A DNA stretch of 64,000 bases from Desulfatiglandales bacterium (lineage in GTDB: Bacteria > Desulfobacterota > DSM-4660 > Desulfatiglandales > Desulfatiglandaceae): contig OY762721.1 of the NCBI GenBank assembly GCA_963666345.1, positions 2,080,001 through 2,144,000 of the forward strand. Reading direction: 5' to 3'. Position 1 is the stretch's first letter. Every line of letters starts with the position of its first letter. The notes beneath the pieces were generated by a model that saw only the letters and a program-made list of their open reading frames with translations, was not told the origin of the DNA and ran no database searches. A program made the position numbers and the translations under genes. Of this stretch, positions 32,246 through 41,766 are shown one piece after another.

Positions 32246-33649
32246 ATGGATAAAAACATGAAAATAGGCAAGGGGCAGACAGTAGAACTCGAGATAGAAG
32301 CATTGGCCTTCGGAGGCGAGGGGATCGCACGAATAGACCGGTTTGTCGTATTTGTAAAAGGCGCCGTTCCGGGAGACATCGTCAGGGCAACCATTTTCAA
32401 GAAAAGAAAGGCCTATGCCCAAGCCAGGATGGAAGAAATCATCTCCCCTTCAAGTGACAGGACAGAACCGCCCTGCCCGTACAGCGGCTACTGCGGAGGC
32501 TGCCAGCTTCAGCATGTCAAATATGACAGGCAACTTTTCTATAAAAGGAATCATGTCATAGAGGCATTTTCACATATCGCGGACATAAAGGACGTACTGG
32601 TGAGGGAAGCAATGCCCTCCCAGCTCAAGATGGGATACAGAAACAAGATGGAATTTTCTTTTTCAGACAGGAGATGGTTCCTTCCCGGCGAGATGCACCG
32701 GAAGGTGAACTCAGAGCCGTTCGCACTCGGTCTCCATGTGCCTGGAACATTTAACAAGGTTATTGACATTGATGCCTGTCTGCTCCAACAGGAAACGGGA
32801 AACAGAATTCTCAGGAAGGTCAAGGAATACGCTAAAGAATCAGCAGAAGCGGCCTACGGCATAAAAAGCCATCAGGGGTTCTGGCGCTTCCTTATGATAC
32901 GCAGCTCCAGGGCATTTGATGAATGGATGATAAATCTGGTTACATCCGAAGAAAAAACATCCCTTTTGATGCCGCTGGCGGAATCACTGATAGATTCCGA
33001 ACCCGACATCAAGACGGTTGTAAACAACATAACAAATAAAAAGGCCTCCGTTGCCGTTGGCGAAAGAGAGGTTGCGCTGTTTGGAAACGGGTATATAGAA
33101 GATATGATCGGAGCGCGTACCTTTCAGGTATCTGCGAATTCTTTTTTTCAGACAAATCCTCTTTCCGCTTGCCGGTTGTATGAAAAGGTAGTTGAGTTCG
33201 CAGCCCCTAAAGGTAATGAAAAGGTCCTAGACCTTTACAGCGGCACAGGCACCATTCCTATCTTCCTTTCCGACAGGGTCTCCTCTGTTACCGGAATCGA
33301 GATCAGTGAAAGCGCGGTGATGGATGCAAGAAAAAACTGCGTTCACAACGGGATAGACAACTGCAATTTTATCTGCGGAGACATAAGGAAGGTGCTTTCG
33401 GAATTGAAGGTTCCTCCTGACGTCATGGTCATAGACCCCCCCAGGGCAGGTATGCATAAAGACGTGCTCGGCAAAGTCATCGAAATGGCGCCTGAAAGGA
33501 TAGTCTACGTATCCTGCAATCCGGCCACCATGGCAAGAGACATATCCAGCATGATTTTCAGATATAAAGTTGAGGAAATACAGCCGGTGGACATGTTTCC
33601 GCACACATACCACATCGAGTCAGTGGCAAGACTTTCAATCCGCAGATAA
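32246..33649 (+). CDS. rlmD: 23S rRNA (uracil-5)-methyltransferase RlmD/RumA
   Basis: TRAM domain, CPYSGYCGGC FeS motif, FFQTN, DPPRAG, YVSCNP, DMFPHT.H.E. Confidence 0.95.
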   Translation: MDKNMKIGKGQTVELEIEALAFGGEGIARIDRFVVFVKGAVPGDIVRATIFKKRKAYAQARMEEIISPSSDRTEPPCPYSGYCGGCQLQHVKYDRQLFYKRNHVIEAFSHIADIKDVLVREAMPSQLKMGYRNKMEFSFSDRRWFLPGEMHRKVNSEPFALGLHVPGTFNKVIDIDACLLQQETGNRILRKVKEYAKESAEAAYGIKSHQGFWRFLMIRSSRAFDEWMINLVTSEEKTSLLMPLAESLIDSEPDIKTVVNNITNKKASVAVGEREVALFGNGYIEDMIGARTFQVSANSFFQTNPLSACRLYEKVVEFAAPKGNEKVLDLYSGTGTIPIFLSDRVSSVTGIEISESAVMDARKNCVHNGIDNCNFICGDIRKVLSELKVPPDVMVIDPPRAGMHKDVLGKVIEMAPERIVYVSCNPATMARDISSMIFRYKVEEIQPVDMFPHTYHIESVARLSIRR

Positions 33650-33665
33650 GGCGGTAAAAAATGAT

Positions 33666-33693
33666 TTGACAAAATCGATGCAAAGGATATACT
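33666..33693 (+). promoter_or_regulatory. Sigma-70 promoter upstream of the rpsU leader
   Basis: TTGACA-16 nt-TATACT. Confidence 0.7.
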
Positions 33694-33773
33694 TCCTTGT
33701 CTATTATTAGACCTCGGGAGAGAGAAATCGTTCTTCCTAAGGATTTCGGTTTTCGGCAAAGGGGGTGATCATA

Positions 33774-33887
33774 TTGTTCAGATTACATATGAAAAGATTC
33801 AGCGCTCAAGGACCGCTCAGGGTCTTGACGCAGTACCGCCCCATAGCCGTTGAGAGCCCCCGGTCCTTCTTTGGGAAGACGAGATAA
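33774..33887 (+). CDS. Putative 37-aa leader peptide MFRLHMKRFSAQGPLRVLTQYRPIAVESPRSFFGKTR (not in ORF track)
   Basis: Extended SD AAGGGGGTGATC just before a TTG; in-frame ATG at 33789; stop at 33885-33887. Confidence 0.45.
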   Translation: MFRLHMKRFSAQGPLRVLTQYRPIAVESPRSFFGKTR

Positions 33888-33962
33888 GGAAACAATATGC
33901 CCGATTTGAGCTAAAAAGACATGGCATACTGAACAGGCCACGGCCTGATTTTGAAGGAACGG

Positions 33963-33999
33963 AAGGCATCTCAAAAGCTGTTTTTGAGGTGCTTTTTTT
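33963..33999 (+). terminator. Intrinsic terminator-like hairpin 27 nt upstream of the rpsU start
   Basis: AAGGCATCTCAAAA-loop-TTTTGAGGTGCTT followed by a T run. Confidence 0.75.
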
Positions 34000-34026
34000 A
34001 ATTTTAGGAACGAGGTAAAAAAAAAC

Positions 34027-34212
34027 ATGAAAGTAATTGTTCGTGACAATCAGATTGAAAAGGCCATAAAAGACCTTAAGAGAAAGCTTACCAAAGAAGG
34101 TTTTTTTTCGGAAATAAAGGAAAGACGCTTTTATGACAAACCGAGCGTAGCAAAGAAGAAAAAGCAGGCAAAAGCGGCAAAAAGGCGAAGAAAAAGGATG
34201 AGAAGGTTCTAA
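34027..34212 (+). CDS. rpsU: 30S ribosomal protein bS21
   Basis: VIVRDNQIEKA...KRK...EG...E...RRFYDKPS. Confidence 0.96.
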   Translation: MKVIVRDNQIEKAIKDLKRKLTKEGFFSEIKERRFYDKPSVAKKKKQAKAAKRRRKRMRRF

Positions 34213-34250
34213 GGCCTTTCCTCTTATATTAGCCCCTCCCACTAACCTCA

Positions 34251-34284
34251 TCAGGCCCCTTCAATCCAAGGGGGCCTGAGTTTT
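34251..34284 (+). terminator. Terminator after rpsU
   Basis: TCAGGCCCC...GGGGCCTGA followed by GTTTT. Confidence 0.7.
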
Positions 34285-34369
34285 CAAAAGCCTGGCAACA
34301 GCAGTTAAACAGTGCGTAAAGTGCTAACTTTTTTACCCGATTACCGGGAGTTCTAAAGGGGTTTTACCC

Positions 34370-34398
34370 TTGACAAAAAAAGGGTTTGCAGGTAAATA
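34370..34398 (+). promoter_or_regulatory. Putative sigma-70 promoter of the qrc operon
   Basis: TTGACA-17 nt-TAAATA. Confidence 0.55.
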
Positions 34399-34448
34399 CG
34401 CAACAACTGTCTGGCAGAGAAAGTATCAACCTTAATTACAAAAGCTAG

Positions 34449-35195
34449 ATGAGGCCGGTTACGATGAAAAATTCAAAAAATGCCTCTTTTGAATCTCTTA
34501 AGGAGGAATGGAGAGACTTCTTTTCCAAATATCTTCCCTCTTGGCTCGACATTGACCGATTGGCAGGAATATTTAAGGGAGGAGCCTTTTTCCTTGTTGG
34601 TTTGATCGGAGCACTGATAATCGGATGGTTTGTTTTCCCAATAGCACTATACTCCGAGCAGGAACAGCCGATGAATTTCAATCACGCCGTACATCTGGAC
34701 CCTGAGAAGGTGGATGGGATTGTCGGTGATTCAAAGGAAGACAAATGCCTCTTCTGTCACAGCTTCAGGGAAGACGGTTCATTTTCAGGTATTCCCAGGC
34801 TTGAAGACTGTATGATGTGCCACGATGACCCGGAATATCCATATGGACAATCAAAGGAAGAAAAGGCCTTTCTGGCAAATTTTGTTGCCGAGGAAAAGGA
34901 GATCCCATGGCTCTCTTATTACCGGCAACCTGACTGCGTCTATTTTTCTCACATTGCGCATGTAAAAATGGGTAAGCTGGAATGCCTGACCTGCCACGGT
35001 GACCACGGAACCCGGCAGAGGCTTCCCATGTATAAAGCCAACCGCCTGACAGGATACAGCATGAATATCTGGGGAAAACGCATCTCCGGTATGAAAGAAA
35101 ATACCTGGGATCGCATGAAGATGGATGACTGCGCCGAATGTCATACCCGGATGGGGCATGAAGAAAACAATGCCTGTTTTGTCTGCCACAAATAA
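34449..35195 (+). CDS. qrcA: Menaquinone reductase multiheme cytochrome c subunit (5 CxxCH motifs)
   Basis: N-terminal TM helix; CLFCH, CMMCH, CLTCH, CAECH, CFVCH; QPDCVYFSHIAH. Confidence 0.9.
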   Translation: MRPVTMKNSKNASFESLKEEWRDFFSKYLPSWLDIDRLAGIFKGGAFFLVGLIGALIIGWFVFPIALYSEQEQPMNFNHAVHLDPEKVDGIVGDSKEDKCLFCHSFREDGSFSGIPRLEDCMMCHDDPEYPYGQSKEEKAFLANFVAEEKEIPWLSYYRQPDCVYFSHIAHVKMGKLECLTCHGDHGTRQRLPMYKANRLTGYSMNIWGKRISGMKENTWDRMKMDDCAECHTRMGHEENNACFVCHK

Positions 35196-35206
35196 GGGGA
35201 ACAACG

Positions 35207-37594
35207 ATGAAAATAGATAGAAGAAACTTCATTCAACTTATGGTGGGAGGTGTGGCAGGGCTTCACCTAACGCCTCTTCCCTGGAAACTGACCGACGACA
35301 TCGCTATCTGGACCCAGAACTGGCCATGGGTCCCTGTTCCTCACGCTGGAAGGTTCAATCACGCCAAAACGATCTGCAATCTCTGCCCTGGAGGCTGTGG
35401 AATTGAAGTCAGAAAGGTTGATTCCCGCGCGGTAAAGATAGAAGGTCGTACTGACTTTCCCGTTAATCCGGGTGGCCTGTGCCCTGTTGGCATGGGCGGA
35501 CTTCAGCTTCTGTACAACGAAAGTATAAGATTTCCCCATCCGATGAAGAGAGTGGGACCAAGAGGAGCGGGTAAATTTCAGAATATCACATGGGACGAGG
35601 CGCTTCAGACCCTTGCAGGGCATATGGCTCAACTGAGAAGTGAGGGCGGGGCCGAAAGGCTTGCTGCTGTCGACGGAAATCCTCGGCACTCGACCATGGC
35701 CCTTATGGTGGCTCGCCTGTTAGAGGCCCTTGGCAGCCCCAATTACCTTAGGATTCCTACCTCGGAAGATACCAACCGGATTGCCGCCCATCTGATGATG
35801 GGAAGCGATTGGCCCGTATCATATGATCTTGAAAACTCCGACTTTGTTCTCAGCTTCGGATGTGGCCTCCTTGAGGGTTGGGGAGCACCCGGAAGGGTCC
35901 TCAATGCCTGGGGCATCTGGAGATCTCAATCAAACAACAATGCAAAAATAGTCCAGATCGAATCAAGGGCATCCAACACGGCATCAAAGGCGGACCGCTG
36001 GATAGCTCCCATACCAGGCACGGAAACGGCTCTTGCGCTCGGCATGGCACATGTAATCGTCAAGGAAGGACTTTACAGCAGAAAATTCGTGGATGACATG
36101 TCAACCGGGTTTTATGACTCATCTGGCAAGGGATTCAAGGAACTGGTTCTTTCGGAATACTCCCCCGCAAGGGTAAGCGACATAACAGGCTTAAATGCCA
36201 AGGAAATAACCGGGCTAGCCAGATCATTTGCAGGGGCAAAGGCCCCGGTGGCCCTGTGTGGAAAGGGAAAGGGCGCCCTTTCAGGAGATGTCTACGAATA
36301 CATGGCGATACTGGCCCTTAACGCACTGGTGGGAAATATCAACAAGCCTGGAGGGGTTATCGTAAATAATCCTCTGCCTCTTTCCCCGCTGCCCCCGGTA
36401 ACAAAGGATGACACCGCTCTTAACGGGTTAAAGAACAAGAGGCTTGACAGGGCGGGAACAAAGGAAAATCCCTTTACACCCAGTCTGATAAACAACCTGG
36501 CGGAGGCTGTTTTAGGCAGCAAAAATTCACCGGTTGACACCTTGCTGGTTTTTTCCGCAAATCCCGGCTACACCCTTCCTGATGGAGGCGCATTTAAAAA
36601 GGCATTGGAAAAGATCCCCTATATAGTGAGCTTTTCCCCTTACAGGGACGAAACATCTTCAATGGCGGATCTCATACTTCCTGATCATACGTATCTTGAA
36701 AAAAGAGACGATTTCATCTGGCAATCGGCACTCCAGTATCCGATGTACGCCATTTCTTCCCCGGCTGTCAAACCGGTCTATGACACCAGAAATACGGGAG
36801 ACGTAATAATAGAGCTGGCAAGGCTCATCGGTGGCACGGTTGCCGACTCCTTTGACTGGAAACAATACGAAGAGGTACTCGCATATCGGGCCAAGGGGCT
36901 TGCCGATAAAGGCGGGCGGGTAAGTTACAAGGACTCTGATCCTGCCTGGAACTGGCAAAAGACCGGTTCAGGCTCACCTTTTAAATCTTTTGAAGCTATG
37001 TGGAAAAAGGCAAAAGAGTCCGGGTTCTGGTTTAAGCCCCTTGGAGACGAAATTACGAAAGGCAGGCCGGTTTTCAAGACTCCTTCATCAAAATTCGAAT
37101 TCTTAAGCTCCAGACTTGCAAAACAACTTGATCAAAGAAAAAGGGGTGCCGCTCTTCCCCATTATGAAGAGGCACTGCCGGGAAAAAAGGGCGAGGAATA
37201 CCCGTTGAGATTACTCCCCTACGAGATGCTGAACCTGGCAAGCGGCTGGATCGTAACCCCGCCCTTCCTTACCAAGACATTACTTGATACCCAGCTTAAA
37301 AAAGACGAATCCTTTGTCGAGATTAACCCTGAGACGGCCGCCAGGTTCAAGCTGAGACAGGATGACAGGGCCAAGCTCACCACCCCTGCCGGAAAGGCCG
37401 TAGTCAGGGTCAACCTTTTCGAAGGGGCCATGCCGGGCGTTGTTTACATGCCCCTAGGAATGGGTCACAGCGCCTATGACGAATTCATGAAAAATAAAGG
37501 GGTCAATGCAAACGAACTGATAGCCCCCGGCAAGGACCCCGTAAGCGGTTATCCGGTCTGGTGGAACACACCTGTAAAAATAAAAAAGGCTTAG
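35207..37594 (+). CDS. qrcB: Menaquinone reductase molybdopterin-oxidoreductase-like subunit
   Basis: Tat motif DRRNF; TPLPWKL.DD.AIWTQNW; DMSO-reductase-family fold motifs. Confidence 0.9.
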   Translation: MKIDRRNFIQLMVGGVAGLHLTPLPWKLTDDIAIWTQNWPWVPVPHAGRFNHAKTICNLCPGGCGIEVRKVDSRAVKIEGRTDFPVNPGGLCPVGMGGLQLLYNESIRFPHPMKRVGPRGAGKFQNITWDEALQTLAGHMAQLRSEGGAERLAAVDGNPRHSTMALMVARLLEALGSPNYLRIPTSEDTNRIAAHLMMGSDWPVSYDLENSDFVLSFGCGLLEGWGAPGRVLNAWGIWRSQSNNNAKIVQIESRASNTASKADRWIAPIPGTETALALGMAHVIVKEGLYSRKFVDDMSTGFYDSSGKGFKELVLSEYSPARVSDITGLNAKEITGLARSFAGAKAPVALCGKGKGALSGDVYEYMAILALNALVGNINKPGGVIVNNPLPLSPLPPVTKDDTALNGLKNKRLDRAGTKENPFTPSLINNLAEAVLGSKNSPVDTLLVFSANPGYTLPDGGAFKKALEKIPYIVSFSPYRDETSSMADLILPDHTYLEKRDDFIWQSALQYPMYAISSPAVKPVYDTRNTGDVIIELARLIGGTVADSFDWKQYEEVLAYRAKGLADKGGRVSYKDSDPAWNWQKTGSGSPFKSFEAMWKKAKESGFWFKPLGDEITKGRPVFKTPSSKFEFLSSRLAKQLDQRKRGAALPHYEEALPGKKGEEYPLRLLPYEMLNLASGWIVTPPFLTKTLLDTQLKKDESFVEINPETAARFKLRQDDRAKLTTPAGKAVVRVNLFEGAMPGVVYMPLGMGHSAYDEFMKNKGVNANELIAPGKDPVSGYPVWWNTPVKIKKA

Positions 37595-37608
37595 ACACGA
37601 GGTAGATC

Positions 37609-38397
37609 ATGAAAGAAAAACCTGGCCACGACAACAGCTACGGCATGGTTATTGACTTGGATAAATGCACCGGCTGTGGAACATGCATGGTTGCCTGTGC
37701 GGCTGAAAACAATCTTTCCGTAAGGCCTGATGAATCGGACAAGCAGCGCAGCATTACCTGGATGCGTCTTTATAAGATCACCAATGGTAAAAAATTCCCG
37801 GATACCGAGGTCTGCTATTTCCCAAGACCCTGCATGCAGTGCTCTCACCACACGCCCTGTGTCAGTGTATGCCCGGCCACAGCCACAAAAATCGACTATC
37901 ACACAGGTATTGTAAGCCAGATATATACACGTTGCATAGGGTGCAGATACTGCATTGCGGCCTGCCCTTATCATGCCAGGACCTTTAACTGGTGGGACGG
38001 CTATTTTCCAAAGGAAAAGGGTATGGACAGATATCTCTCGCCCGAGGTGTCGCCCAGGATGAGAGGAGTGGTGGAAAAATGCACATTCTGTCATCACCGT
38101 CTGATGAGGGCACATAACAAGGCCTATTCGCAAGGGCGCAGAGAACTGAGAGAAGATGAATATATCACGGCCTGCGCCGAGGCATGTCCGGTCCAGGCAA
38201 TAACGTTCGGAGATCTTGATAACCCTGAGCACAAGGTGTCCAAATTGAGCAAAAGCCCCAGGGCCTTCAGATTGCTTGAAAGGCTTGGAACCGAACCAAA
38301 GGTATATTACCTCTCCTCAAAGGACTGGGTAAGAAAGATGGGTGACAATTACCTGCCGGGAGAATACAAACCCATACATCATGTAAAGGCGGGCTAG
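37609..38397 (+). CDS. qrcC: Menaquinone reductase iron-sulfur subunit
   Basis: DLDKCTGCGTC, CMQC...PCVSVCP, CIGCRYCIAACPY, EKCTFC. Confidence 0.92.
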   Translation: MKEKPGHDNSYGMVIDLDKCTGCGTCMVACAAENNLSVRPDESDKQRSITWMRLYKITNGKKFPDTEVCYFPRPCMQCSHHTPCVSVCPATATKIDYHTGIVSQIYTRCIGCRYCIAACPYHARTFNWWDGYFPKEKGMDRYLSPEVSPRMRGVVEKCTFCHHRLMRAHNKAYSQGRRELREDEYITACAEACPVQAITFGDLDNPEHKVSKLSKSPRAFRLLERLGTEPKVYYLSSKDWVRKMGDNYLPGEYKPIHHVKAG

Positions 38398-38431
38398 ATA
38401 TGGACAGGATCATTCAGGAGGGAAAAAGATA

Positions 38432-39670
38432 ATGGACTCGGCACTGTTTCCTGAAAAGGTTAAAAGATGTTCACCAAAGGTGTTTCTCATATGGACCCTG
38501 CCATGGCTCGCGCTCCTTGCATGGGGAGGCATATCTGCTGCGCTTTGTCTCTTAAAGGGCCTCAACCAGACCAACATGAGCGACTATTTTGCGTTCGCCC
38601 TCTGGATAGTCTTTGACCTGGCGATTATTGCACTGGGTGCAGGGGCCTTCTTCACAGGATTTCTCACCTACATAATCGGTAAAAAGGAATTGAAAGACAT
38701 AATCAACGCTGCCGTAATTATCGGTTTTATCTGCTATTCCGGCGCAGTGGCCATGCTCGGTATTGATATAGGCCAGCCGATTCGAGGGTGGTTCATCTTC
38801 TGGCATGTCAATGTCCACTCAATGCTTGCCGAGGTGTCATTTTGTATCACATGCTACCTGGCGGTTCTGGCCATAGAATACATCCCTCTGATCCTTGAAA
38901 ACAGGCAGATAAGCAGGGTGAAAGGACTCAGGCTCGCAGGTCACAACCTGCACGGTATAATGGCCGTGTTTGCCGGAACAGGAACCTTTCTCTCGTTTTT
39001 TCACCAAGGCTCCCTCGGTGGTCTCTACGGCGTAATGTACGCAAGACCCTTTGCCTTCAGGGAAGGATTTTATGTCTGGCCCTGGACCTTTTTCCTGTTT
39101 ATCCTCTCCGCAATAGCTGCCGGCCCATGCTTTACCATACTCTGCACCAAGCTTGCCCAGAAGATTACCAAGAAAAAACTGGTGCCTGAAAAGGCCTTTC
39201 AAACCCTTGCAAAGATTTCAGGCTGGCTGCTCGGTCTTTACATGGTTCTCAAGATCGCCGATAACCTCGGCTGGATGTACGGGGTTGTTCCGAAAGCGGG
39301 ACTCACCTTCATGGATTTCTACAAACAAGGGCCTTACGGAGTATGGCTCATAGTCTTTGAAATAATCATATGCGGCATCGTTCCCGCCGTCATCCTGCTC
39401 ACGCCTAAGGCCAGGAAACAGGAAGGATGGCTTATAAGCGCCTGCCTGTTAAACTGCGCAGGCATTGTCCTGAACCGTTTTGTCTTTACCATAGTCACCC
39501 TGGCTGTCCCGGTAATGCCCTTTGATAAATTTTTCAGTTACCTGCCTACCTGGCAGGAATGGGGCATTTCCCTCGCAGTCATAGGATACGGTTTTCTGCT
39601 TTTTTCACTTTCATACAGATATTTGCCCGTATTCCCTAAGGAAACGGAGTTGAATTCGGCTGGCGAATAG
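38432..39670 (+). CDS. qrcD: Menaquinone reductase NrfD/PsrC-family membrane subunit
   Basis: Multiple TM helices; DIGQPIR, FHQGSLGG; operon order. Confidence 0.9.
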   Translation: MDSALFPEKVKRCSPKVFLIWTLPWLALLAWGGISAALCLLKGLNQTNMSDYFAFALWIVFDLAIIALGAGAFFTGFLTYIIGKKELKDIINAAVIIGFICYSGAVAMLGIDIGQPIRGWFIFWHVNVHSMLAEVSFCITCYLAVLAIEYIPLILENRQISRVKGLRLAGHNLHGIMAVFAGTGTFLSFFHQGSLGGLYGVMYARPFAFREGFYVWPWTFFLFILSAIAAGPCFTILCTKLAQKITKKKLVPEKAFQTLAKISGWLLGLYMVLKIADNLGWMYGVVPKAGLTFMDFYKQGPYGVWLIVFEIIICGIVPAVILLTPKARKQEGWLISACLLNCAGIVLNRFVFTIVTLAVPVMPFDKFFSYLPTWQEWGISLAVIGYGFLLFSLSYRYLPVFPKETELNSAGE

Positions 39671-39764
39671 TTGATGAACAACGCTCAAAAGATGATGCAA
39701 GATTCTTCTGAATAATGTCTTTTGATGATTTGTTTCTGATGCATTAGTAAATGGTCAAGATTGT

Positions 39765-39832
39765 GACGGCAAAGTAAAAAGTTCTTTCTCCTGTCAACGC
39801 AGAGGAAAAGCCTGACTTTTTACAAAAACGTC
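39765..39832. repeat. Short MITE-like element with GTAAAAAGT...ACTTTTTAC inverted ends
   Basis: GACGGCAAAGTAAAAAGT versus ACTTTTTACAAAAACGTC. Confidence 0.6.
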
Positions 39833-39852
39833 CCCATTAAGGAGAAAGGCTG

Positions 39853-40014
39853 ATGTTCCCCTTTATTTTTGAATGGCAATGGCAGGCAGACCATTATATA
39901 TTTCTTGGTCTTCTATATCTGGCTCTGATCATCATAGGAGGCGGGATAACGTTTGTGGGAATCAAAACCGTGCTCCAGATCATGGGTTTCATGAGAGAAA
40001 GGCATTTTCATTAA
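39853..40014 (+). CDS. 53-aa single-TM protein after qrcD: MFPFIFEWQWQADHYIFLGLLYLALIIIGGGITFVGIKTVLQIMGFMRERHFH (not in ORF track)
   Basis: SD AAGGAG upstream; hydrophobic helix; same strand as qrc. Confidence 0.8.
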   Translation: MFPFIFEWQWQADHYIFLGLLYLALIIIGGGITFVGIKTVLQIMGFMRERHFH

Positions 40015-40036
40015 AAAGATGCAGCCTCTCTTTCCC

Positions 40037-41653
40037 CTAGATTGACACTAAAGTGTCATGTCGGCGTGAATCTTCATCCTTATCGGGATAATCCAGGTTA
40101 TAGTGAAGGCCGCGGCTCTCCTTTCTAAGAGAGGCACAACTTATTATGAGTTCCGCCACCATGGCCAGATTTCTCAACTCCAGCAGATCACGGGTCACCA
40201 AAAAGTTCCAGTAATATTCCCTTATTTCCCCCTGAATCATTTTGATCCTCTGTTTTGCCCTGGCAAGCCGCTTATTGGTCCTTACGATACCCACGTAATT
40301 CCACATGAAACTCCGGATCTCATCCCAGTTATGTGATACGACTACCATTTCCTCACTGTCCGTGGCCCTTCCGGAGTCCCATTCAGGCGCATCAAAAGTC
40401 AGATCAACGCGTTCCCTGTCAAGTTGAACAGCAGATTTAACAGCGGCACGCCTGGCAAATACAAGGGCCTCAAGCAAGGAATTGCTTGCAAGGCGATTAG
40501 CCCCGTGAAGCCCGGTGCAGGCAACTTCGCCTATCGCATACAGATTTTTGAGGTTGGTGGCGCCATACTCGTCCGTAACCAGACCGCCGCACATATAGTG
40601 GGCCGCAGGAACCACCGGTATGGGCTCCTTTGTTATATCAACATGATATTTCAAGCAGGTACTGTGTATATGCGGAAATTTTTCCTTTATGAAATCCGAA
40701 GACATGTGGCTTAGGTCCAGATAAACACATTCATCTCCGCTTTTCTTAAGCTCCATGTCTATGGACCTGGCCACGATATCTCTCGTGGCCAGGTCCTTGA
40801 GAGGATGGTATCGCTCCATGAAACGATACCCTTTTCTGTCAAGCAGGATTCCCCCTTCACCTCTTACCGCCTCTGAAATCAAAAAATTCTTTGCAAGCGG
40901 GTGGTAGAGACAGGTCGGATGAAATTGCACAAACTCCATATTAGCCACCCTTGCCCCGGCCCTGTAGCCGATCGCCACTCCGTCGCCGGTAGCGATATCC
41001 GGGTTGCTCGTGTAACGGTAAACCTTTCCCGCACCCCCACTGGACAGAACCGTGATCTTTGAAAGAAAGGTAAGGACCTCTTCCGCTTTGGCGTCCAGCA
41101 CATAAGCCCCAAGGCAGGTCTGTCTTGTTTCGCTCGTGCCTATACCCCTTTTTATCATCCTTGAGGATGTAATGAGATCAATGGCCATATGATTTTCATA
41201 GATTGTTATGTTTTTATCCTCCTGTGCCCTTTCAAGGAGGATACGCTCCACTTCCCTTCCGGTAAGGTCTTTTGTATGCACAATTCTGCGCCTTGAGTGC
41301 CCCCCTTCCCTTCCAAGATCGAGACTGACCGGGCCATCTTTTCCCTGAAGCGTGAACGTGACTCCCAACTCAATAAGCTCCCTTATCCGGGCAGGACCCT
41401 CCTTAACGACCAGACTGACAATATTTTCTTTGCACAGCCCGTCACCCGACTCCAGAGTGTCCCGGATGTGGAGATCGAAACTGTCATCAGGGTCAAATAC
41501 AGATGCGATTCCTCCCTGGGCGTAGTTGGTTGAGCCCTCCATCATCTCTTTTTTCGTTACCACCGAGACGGTGCCCGATTTTGCCGCTTCGAGAGCGAAA
41601 CTAAGCCCGGCGATTCCACTTCCTATCACCAGATAATCGCTTTTGATATCCAT
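40037..41653 (-). CDS. nadB: L-aspartate oxidase
   Basis: GSGIAG, YAQGGIA, EGGHS..RI.H, QFHPT, GLHGANRLASNSLLE. Confidence 0.96.
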   Translation of the reverse strand: MDIKSDYLVIGSGIAGLSFALEAAKSGTVSVVTKKEMMEGSTNYAQGGIASVFDPDDSFDLHIRDTLESGDGLCKENIVSLVVKEGPARIRELIELGVTFTLQGKDGPVSLDLGREGGHSRRRIVHTKDLTGREVERILLERAQEDKNITIYENHMAIDLITSSRMIKRGIGTSETRQTCLGAYVLDAKAEEVLTFLSKITVLSSGGAGKVYRYTSNPDIATGDGVAIGYRAGARVANMEFVQFHPTCLYHPLAKNFLISEAVRGEGGILLDRKGYRFMERYHPLKDLATRDIVARSIDMELKKSGDECVYLDLSHMSSDFIKEKFPHIHSTCLKYHVDITKEPIPVVPAAHYMCGGLVTDEYGATNLKNLYAIGEVACTGLHGANRLASNSLLEALVFARRAAVKSAVQLDRERVDLTFDAPEWDSGRATDSEEMVVVSHNWDEIRSFMWNYVGIVRTNKRLARAKQRIKMIQGEIREYYWNFLVTRDLLELRNLAMVAELIISCASLRKESRGLHYNLDYPDKDEDSRRHDTLVSI

Positions 41654-41766
41654 TTAACGTTCCTACCTCCATAAATTTATAAGATGAGCCGATTCTATTT
41701 GACAGGTCTCACCCCGGCTATTAGAGTTCTTTGACACAAAAAAACAAAAGGATTTTAGACATATCT

